NCBI GenBank assembly: GCA_039589315.1
Contig: JBDHHQ010000074.1
Location: 1 to 42,722 of the forward strand
Length of the DNA: 42,722 nucleotides
From: Gemmatimonadota bacterium
GTDB lineage: Bacteria; Gemmatimonadota; Gemmatimonadetes; Longimicrobiales; Gaopeijiaceae
Reading direction: 5' to 3'
Every line of letters starts with the position of its first letter. The stretch's first letter is position 1. The position numbers were made by a program, and so were the translations under genes. The notes under the pieces are model-generated. The model was not told the origin of the DNA. It worked only from the letters and a program-made list of their open reading frames with translations, and did no database searches. Shown piece after piece: positions 37,182 to 42,722 of the stretch.

Positions 37182-38096
37182 ATGCGCGTGATCGCGAGCA
37201 AGGCTGCAGTGGACGAGGCCATCGGCAACACGCCGCTGGTGCCGCTCCGACGGGTTTCACCGAGAGGGGCGGCGCAGGTGTGGGTCAAGGTCGAGGGGTT
37301 GAACCCGGGGGGTAGCGTGAAGGACCGTCCGGCACGAGCCATCCTCCAGGCCGCCGAGGCGGCCGGGCTCATGGGAGACGGTCGTGCCCTCCTGGACGCG
37401 AGCTCGGGCAACACCGGCATTGCCTTCGCCATGCTCTGCGCGGCCCGGGGGTACGACTGCGTCATCTGCTTGCCGGACAACGCGAACGGCGAACGCAAGC
37501 GGCTCCTGGCCATGTACGGCGCGACCGTCGTGCACACGCCTCCGGAGGACGGTTCCGATGGTGCCATCGTAGAGGCTCGAAGAAGGGCCGCCCACGATCC
37601 GGACCGCTACTTCTACGCTGACCAGTACAACAACCCCAACAACGTGCGGGCCCATTACGAAACCACCGGCCCGGAGATCTGGAGGCAGACAGGAGGTCGC
37701 GTCACCCACTTCGTGGTCGGTTTGGGGACGTCCGGTACCTTGATGGGCGTGGGGCGCCGCCTCCGGGAGTTCGACCCGTGGATCCGCGTGATCGCCGTAC
37801 AGCCCGACGCGCCGTTTCACGGGATCGAAGGATGGAAGCACATGCCCACCGCAATCGTGCCGGGTATCTACGATCCGGATTTCGCGGACGAGACGCTCAC
37901 GGTGCGGACCGAAGCCGGCCAGGCAATGGCCCGACGTATCGCCAGGGAGGAGGGCCTTCTCACAGGGTCGTCGGGGGGTGCGAATGTCGTGGCGGCTCTG
38001 AGCGTCGCGAAGAAACTGCCGCCAGGAGACCTGGTCGTGACCGTGCTGCCCGATCGTGGAGAACGATACCAACACGAGCAGTGGTGGAAGGAGTGA
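37182..38096 (+). CDS. cysM: PLP-dependent cysteine synthase, CysM-like (probably sulfur-carrier dependent)
   Basis: 'IGNTPLV', PLP lysine in 'NPGGSVKDR', 'SSGNTGIA', 'GLGTSGT', 'PDRGERY'. ATG at 37182 after GGAGA. Confidence 0.9.
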   Translation: MRVIASKAAVDEAIGNTPLVPLRRVSPRGAAQVWVKVEGLNPGGSVKDRPARAILQAAEAAGLMGDGRALLDASSGNTGIAFAMLCAARGYDCVICLPDNANGERKRLLAMYGATVVHTPPEDGSDGAIVEARRRAAHDPDRYFYADQYNNPNNVRAHYETTGPEIWRQTGGRVTHFVVGLGTSGTLMGVGRRLREFDPWIRVIAVQPDAPFHGIEGWKHMPTAIVPGIYDPDFADETLTVRTEAGQAMARRIAREEGLLTGSSGGANVVAALSVAKKLPPGDLVVTVLPDRGERYQHEQWWKE

Positions 38097-38101
38097 GACC
38101 G

Positions 38102-38533
38102 ATGGTCCGGATCGAGGGTTCCGAGCTCAGGGCAATCCTGAGCGAAGCGCAGATGAGTTACCCCGAGGAGTGCTGCGGTGCCCTGCTCGGGCGTGTCGAC
38201 CGCATGGCCGGGCGCAAGGTCGTCCGGGCGGTGCCCATCTTCAACGGCCGCCAGGACGAGCGTCGACGGCGCTACCTGATCGGTCCCGACGAGGTCAGGA
38301 CCGTGGAAGGCGCCGCCGCTCGCGGAGGCCTCGACGTGCTGGGGTTCTACCACTCACACCCCGATCACCCTGCGATTCCGTCGGCCTACGACCGTGACCA
38401 CGCATGGCCCTGGTACACGTACGTGATCGTGCCCGTGAGGGGTGGGGAGCCGGGCGCGCCACGGGCGTGGCGGCTGAAGCAGGACCGCGGGGATTTCGAC
38501 GAAGTACGCCTTCTGCCCAAGGAGCGACAATGA
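38102..38533 (+). CDS. mec: JAMM/MPN+ (M67) metallopeptidase, Mec+-like
   Basis: 'YPEECCGAL' and the JAMM motif 'GFYHSHPDHPAIPSAYD'; operon context. Confidence 0.9.
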   Translation: MVRIEGSELRAILSEAQMSYPEECCGALLGRVDRMAGRKVVRAVPIFNGRQDERRRRYLIGPDEVRTVEGAAARGGLDVLGFYHSHPDHPAIPSAYDRDHAWPWYTYVIVPVRGGEPGAPRAWRLKQDRGDFDEVRLLPKERQ

Positions 38534-40005
38534 CCGTCGTCGTACGGATCCCCACGCCCCTCCGCCCGTTCGCGGGAGGCCAGGCGGAGGTCGCCGTCGG
38601 CGGTGCGACCGTGGGCGAGGCGCTGGATCACCTGGTTGCGGAGAACCCCGATCTGCGGGCGCACCTGTACACCGAGGACGGCAGCCTGCGTAACTTCGTC
38701 AATGCGTACCTGAATCAGGAAGATGTCCGGCACCTCGGTGGGGGCGCGACTCCGGTCCGGAGCGGCGACGAGATCACCATCGTGCCCAGTATCGCCGGGG
38801 GCTCGGGCGCGGCCCCCGCTGCCCTGGAGGACGCGGTGGCCAAAGCGGTCACGCTGTCACACGAAGAGATCCAACGCTACAGCCGGCACCTCATCATGCC
38901 CGAGGTGGGCATGGAGGGGCAGAAGAAGCTGAAGTCGGCCAGCGTGCTCATGATCGGCGCCGGGGGTCTGGGGTCTCCACTCGGGCTCTACCTGGCGGCG
39001 GCCGGGGTGGGGCGGATCGGCATCGTGGACTTCGACGTGGTCGACTCCACCAACCTCCAGCGCCAGCTGCTGCATGGCACGAAGGACGTGGGGCGACCGA
39101 AGCTGGATTCGGCCGCCGATCGACTCCGGGACGTCAACCCCCACGTGGAGGTCGTGCTCCACAACGTGCGGTTGACCAGCGAAAACGCCCTGGACGTGCT
39201 GGAGCCCTACGACGTCGTCGTGGACGGCACGGACAACTTCCCGACCCGCTACCTCGTCAACGACGCGTGCGTGCTTCTCGGAAAACCCAACGTTTACGGT
39301 TCGATCTTCCGCTTCGAGGGGCAGGCGTCGGTGTTCTACGCCAAGGAGGGCCCGTGCTACCGGTGTCTCTTCAAGGAGCCGCCGCCCCCGGGCCTCGTCC
39401 CGAGCTGCGCGGAGGGTGGCGTGTTGGGAGTGCTGCCGGGCATCGTGGGCTCCATCCAGGCGCTGGAGACCATCAAGCTCATCCTCGGCACGGGCGAGCC
39501 GCTGATCGGGCGCCTCCTGCTGTTCGACGCTCTGGGGCTGGAATGGCGGGAGTTGAAGCTCCGGAAGGATCCGGAGTGCCCGGCCTGCGGTGAGTCTCCG
39601 ACGGTCACTGAGCTCATCGACTACGAGGAGTTCTGCGGCGTGCCGGGCGTGGAGGACGCGAGGTCGGCGGAAGAGGACGCCGTCCCGGCGCTTTCCCCCC
39701 TCGAGCTCAGGGAACGCCTCGAGCAGGGCGACGATCTCGTGATCCTGGACGTCCGCGAGCCCCACGAGTGGGAGATCGGCAACCTTGGGTCACACGGCGC
39801 GCTCCTGCTGCCTCTCGGGGACGTCCACGACAGAATGAACGAGCTCGACACGGCGGCCGAGATCGTGCTCATGTGCAGGTCGGGGAAGCGGAGTGCCAAG
39901 GCTCTCCTTCAGCTTCAGAGCGCAGGGTTTCGGAAGCTCTGGAACCTCGATGGAGGCATTCTGGCGTGGTCGGACGACGTGGATCCCAGCGTTCCCAAGT
40001 ACTGA
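38530..40005 (+). CDS. moeB: Fusion of a MoaD/CysO-like ubiquitin-like sulfur carrier, MoeB/ThiF adenylyltransferase and rhodanese (MoeZ-like)
   Basis: Residues 1-91 'VRIPTPLR...VPSIAGG'; E1 motifs 'RYSRH', 'IGAGGLG', 'DSTNLQRQ', CYRC and CPAC; rhodanese 'LDVREPHE...CRSGKRS...LDGGILAW'. Confidence 0.93.
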   Translation: MTVVVRIPTPLRPFAGGQAEVAVGGATVGEALDHLVAENPDLRAHLYTEDGSLRNFVNAYLNQEDVRHLGGGATPVRSGDEITIVPSIAGGSGAAPAALEDAVAKAVTLSHEEIQRYSRHLIMPEVGMEGQKKLKSASVLMIGAGGLGSPLGLYLAAAGVGRIGIVDFDVVDSTNLQRQLLHGTKDVGRPKLDSAADRLRDVNPHVEVVLHNVRLTSENALDVLEPYDVVVDGTDNFPTRYLVNDACVLLGKPNVYGSIFRFEGQASVFYAKEGPCYRCLFKEPPPPGLVPSCAEGGVLGVLPGIVGSIQALETIKLILGTGEPLIGRLLLFDALGLEWRELKLRKDPECPACGESPTVTELIDYEEFCGVPGVEDARSAEEDAVPALSPLELRERLEQGDDLVILDVREPHEWEIGNLGSHGALLLPLGDVHDRMNELDTAAEIVLMCRSGKRSAKALLQLQSAGFRKLWNLDGGILAWSDDVDPSVPKY

Positions 40006-40161
40006 CGGGCGTGTCGGGGTGCCCCACGCCGAGCTCGTCGCCGCCTTGCCGCCATGGGTGTCGCGCCGAGACGCCGGCGGGCTTCGCGGCGGTCCGCCGC
40101 GTCCGGATCGTCGAGCCGGACGTGCGGTCTTCCGGTGGCTGCCGCTCGAGGAGCTTCCTGC

Positions 40162-40716
40162 CTAGGGCACCCACGTCGTCAGGTCCGCCGCGGGTGCCCG
40201 GGGCTTGGGGTCCGGCACCGCCGCCGGCTCCCCGATCTCGATGACGGCCACGATGCGTTGTTCATCCGGGAGGCCCACGGCGGCACGGGCGCGTGGGTCG
40301 TCCATCACCGCCCCCGTCTTCAGGTGGGTCCCGAGCCCCCGGGCCTCGGCGGCCAGGGCCAGGTTCTGCACGCCCATGAAGGTGGCGGCGTAGTCCTCTT
40401 CTCGGATCTCCGGATCGTCATCCAGCGTGACCGCCACGACGATCATGGCGGGGAGCGCTTCGTGAGCTTCAACGACCTTCTCCACCACGGCGCGCGCGGC
40501 GTCGGGTTCCTCCACTCGCTTGGCCTTGCGAGCTCCGAGCGCGGCACCATAGCCGCGGCGGGCCTCGGGGCCCAGGACGTAGAACCGCCACGGCTGGGTC
40601 ATGCGGTGGTTCGGTGCCTGCGCAGCCGCGGCCAGCAGCGTTTCGATGTCGTCCCGGGTGATCGCGCGGTCGGTGAAGCTCTTGATGGAGCGGCGGGAGA
40701 AGATCAGCTGGTCCAT
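40162..40716 (-). CDS. Nitroreductase-family protein
   Basis: 'SRRSIKSF', 'QAPNHRMTQPWRF', 'QNLALAAEARGLGT'. Start may be GTG at 40725. Confidence 0.9.
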   Translation of the reverse strand: MDQLIFSRRSIKSFTDRAITRDDIETLLAAAAQAPNHRMTQPWRFYVLGPEARRGYGAALGARKAKRVEEPDAARAVVEKVVEAHEALPAMIVVAVTLDDDPEIREEDYAATFMGVQNLALAAEARGLGTHLKTGAVMDDPRARAAVGLPDEQRIVAVIEIGEPAAVPDPKPRAPAADLTTWVP

Positions 40717-40865
40717 GATGGTCACTTCCGTTTTTGCGGCGCCTCGGTCCGGCGCAGACTCGAGGCGCACGGCGATGGGTTCAGGGTGGGCCCGGCGGTG
40801 CAGCGACCCGGGTCCCGGCGTGGTGGTGCTGCTTCGCGCACCCGTGTTACGCCTGCACCAGTGCG

Positions 40866-41291
40866 CTACGAGACCGGCCGCTGGGTGAGTCGGTACTCGT
40901 CGAACCAACCCAGGATGAACTGCACCTCGGCGATCAAGTTGCTGCTCCGGCTGGCGATGCCATGGCTCGCGTCCGGAATCCGCACCATGGTGGCATCCAC
41001 CCCCTGGATCTGCGGTGCCCCGTAAAACTGCTCGGTCTCCGACATCGGTGTCCGGTAGTCCTCCTCGCCCGTGATGAGGATCGTAGGCGTGGTGACGTTG
41101 CCGACTTTGGAGATCGGCGAGCGCGCCATGTAGGCGATCTGGCTGCCGTCGGGCGAGATCTGCGGATCCATCGCACGTTCGAGCTCGAACACGTCGGCGG
41201 GCGTGAGCAGGTCCGCGGGCTCCTGCGCCATCGTCGCGGCGGCGGCTGAGAGCAGGATTACGAGAAGGGCAGGCACGGTCCAGCCGCTCAT
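40866..41291 (-). pseudogene. Internally deleted S9 (prolyl oligopeptidase/acylaminoacyl peptidase) remnant
   Basis: Signal peptide and 'DPQISPDGSQIAY' (first propeller strand) join directly to 'ARSPISKVGNVTTPTILITGEEDYRTP...SHGI' (C-terminal end). No GxSxG nucleophile motif. Confidence 0.85.
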
Positions 41292-41417
41292 GCGATCCTC
41301 CAGGCTGAGCTATGGCGGCGCGATGGCCGGGATTATCACGGGCCGTGGGCCGAGACGCAATGAAGGAGCGGCTCCACGGCCCGACAGCTGGCTCCGCGGA
41401 CCACGGCCGGCGCGGGC

Positions 41418-42200
41418 TCAACCGCCCTGCAGGGCTTCCAGTCGGGCCTTGGCCCCTCGATGCTCAGGGAGGATCTCGAGCGTCCGTTCGTAACGGGCCA
41501 TTGCCGCCTCCCTGTCCCCGGTCTTCTCGTACAACTCTCCGAGCATGTATTGGATGGACGGGGATTCGGGGTGATGCTCCTCGTTCACGAGCAGCATGGC
41601 GATGGCGGCGTCCTCGATCCCGACGGCGCCCAGCTTGCGGGCCAGCTCATTCATCTCCCACTCACCGAAGTCGTACGCTCCGAGGCCGAAGTAGTCCTCC
41701 CGTAGCTCGGCGTAGAGATCGACGGCAGCGTCCGGACCCTCCGTCTCGATGGCATCCCAGAGAACCATCTGGAGGGTCTGAGGCTTGTTCAGGCCGTGGT
41801 GGCAGGTCACGCACTGCACAGGTGTGGCCGGAACGTCCCGGTCCAGCATCTCGGGCAGGATCTCCTCGTTCAGCTCGTCCACGAGCTGGAGCATCCACCG
41901 CGCCTTGCGTTTGTTCTCGTCGTCGTCGCTGGCGAAGTCCGTCTCCGGGCCGGCCTCGCCCTCCAAGCGGACGTGGCAGTAGGTGCACCGCACGCCCAGG
42001 GCGAAGCTGAAGCCCCGCATCACCTGCACCAGCGAGTCTCGTGAGATGTCCTGCGGGAAGTAGTGGAGGTTCGTGAACTCCTCGGGGATCTGCATCTGAG
42101 CGGCTGCGGGAGTGGCCAGCGCGGAGGCCGGCGCGGCAAGGGCCGCGGCCAACACCACCGTCCGCACGATCCCGAGCCGTTGGTAGCACCGTTCGGTCAT
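41418..42200 (-). CDS. Exported diheme c-type cytochrome (reaction-centre cytochrome-like domain) with C-terminal TPR
   Basis: 'MRGFSFALGVRCTYCH' and 'VQCVTCHHG'; TPR 'YMLGELYEKTGDREAAMARYERTLEILP'. ATG at 42200 after GGAGG. Confidence 0.85.
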   Translation of the reverse strand: MTERCYQRLGIVRTVVLAAALAAPASALATPAAAQMQIPEEFTNLHYFPQDISRDSLVQVMRGFSFALGVRCTYCHVRLEGEAGPETDFASDDDENKRKARWMLQLVDELNEEILPEMLDRDVPATPVQCVTCHHGLNKPQTLQMVLWDAIETEGPDAAVDLYAELREDYFGLGAYDFGEWEMNELARKLGAVGIEDAAIAMLLVNEEHHPESPSIQYMLGELYEKTGDREAAMARYERTLEILPEHRGAKARLEALQGG

Positions 42201-42468
42201 CAACGTGTCCCTCCGAGTGGAATCTCCCTGACCGAGGCGGAGGAGCTTCGGTGCTCGCGCACGGCCGGTCAAGTTCTTGCGTGGGCTCGACGGCTGCGCA
42301 CCCGGGGCAGCCGGCGCGACGCTGCGGCACGGGGGGTCACGTTCGGGCCCCGTGGCCAGAAAGACCGCGAAGTCCGGGGGTTACGGGCCGTGGCTTCCGC
42401 TGCCCCGCGCGGGCGCGCTTGTGCGAGACAGGGGTGCGGCGACTCCGGGCTAGCGCCCCCACCGTCGG

Positions 42469-42722
42469 TCAGCCGTCCGAGACGTCCACCGTGTTGTTCT
42501 CCGGATTCCGGTCGACGAGCTTGTTGAAGGGGTCGATGCCGGCCCTGAGCGGCGCCTCGTCCACGACCAGCTCGATCACCGTGTCCGCGTCGGTCACCCG
42601 GTGCCGCTCGAGCGCCAGGACCTTCCCCTCGGGTGGGTCTCCCTCACCCCGGGGACCGAACACGCCCACGTCGATCCAGTCGTCGATGGCGATCTCGGTT
42701 TCCGCGCCGGTGCCGTCAGCCC
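42469..42722 (-). CDS. C-terminus of a large protein entering from the right, typical of ABC-permease/M1-aminopeptidase fusions
   Basis: 'EIAIDDWIDVGVFG...VVDEAPLRAGIDPFNKLVDRNPENN'; partial gene. Confidence 0.65.
   Translation of the reverse strand, partial: ADGTGAETEIAIDDWIDVGVFGPRGEGDPPEGKVLALERHRVTDADTVIELVVDEAPLRAGIDPFNKLVDRNPENNTVDVSDG

Overview
A high-GC bacterial chromosomal segment with about 36 protein genes. Gene content and style suggest a Gemmatimonadota-like organism (inference). I saw no rRNA, tRNA, CRISPR, prophage or IS element. Most genes are ordinary envelope or metabolic genes: amidohydrolases, an APC permease, a DUF885 lipoprotein, a lactate permease, a cNMP-gated K+ channel, a GGDEF protein, a SARP/BTAD-TPR membrane regulator, a TonB-dependent receptor, a Rieske/glutamate-synthase-like flavoprotein, M1 and M20 peptidases, a nitroreductase and a diheme cytochrome. 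The ORF track hides four stronger signals. (1) A complete classical cysteine attenuator at 37018-37161 (leader peptide MCSCRCCC..., antiterminator and intrinsic terminator) sits in front of a cysM-JAMM-[ubiquitin-like carrier::MoeB::rhodanese] operon in which the sulfur carrier is fused to its own E1. (2) An AhpD-like selenoprotein (CHYU, in-frame TGA at 7083, SECIS-like hairpin) lies divergent from a MarR gene, with a perfect 12-bp palindrome between them. (3) A small acidic peptide built from five 13-aa repeats follows the SARP-TPR gene. (4) Three genes appear recently broken, by a nonsense codon, a frameshifting deletion and a large in-frame deletion.
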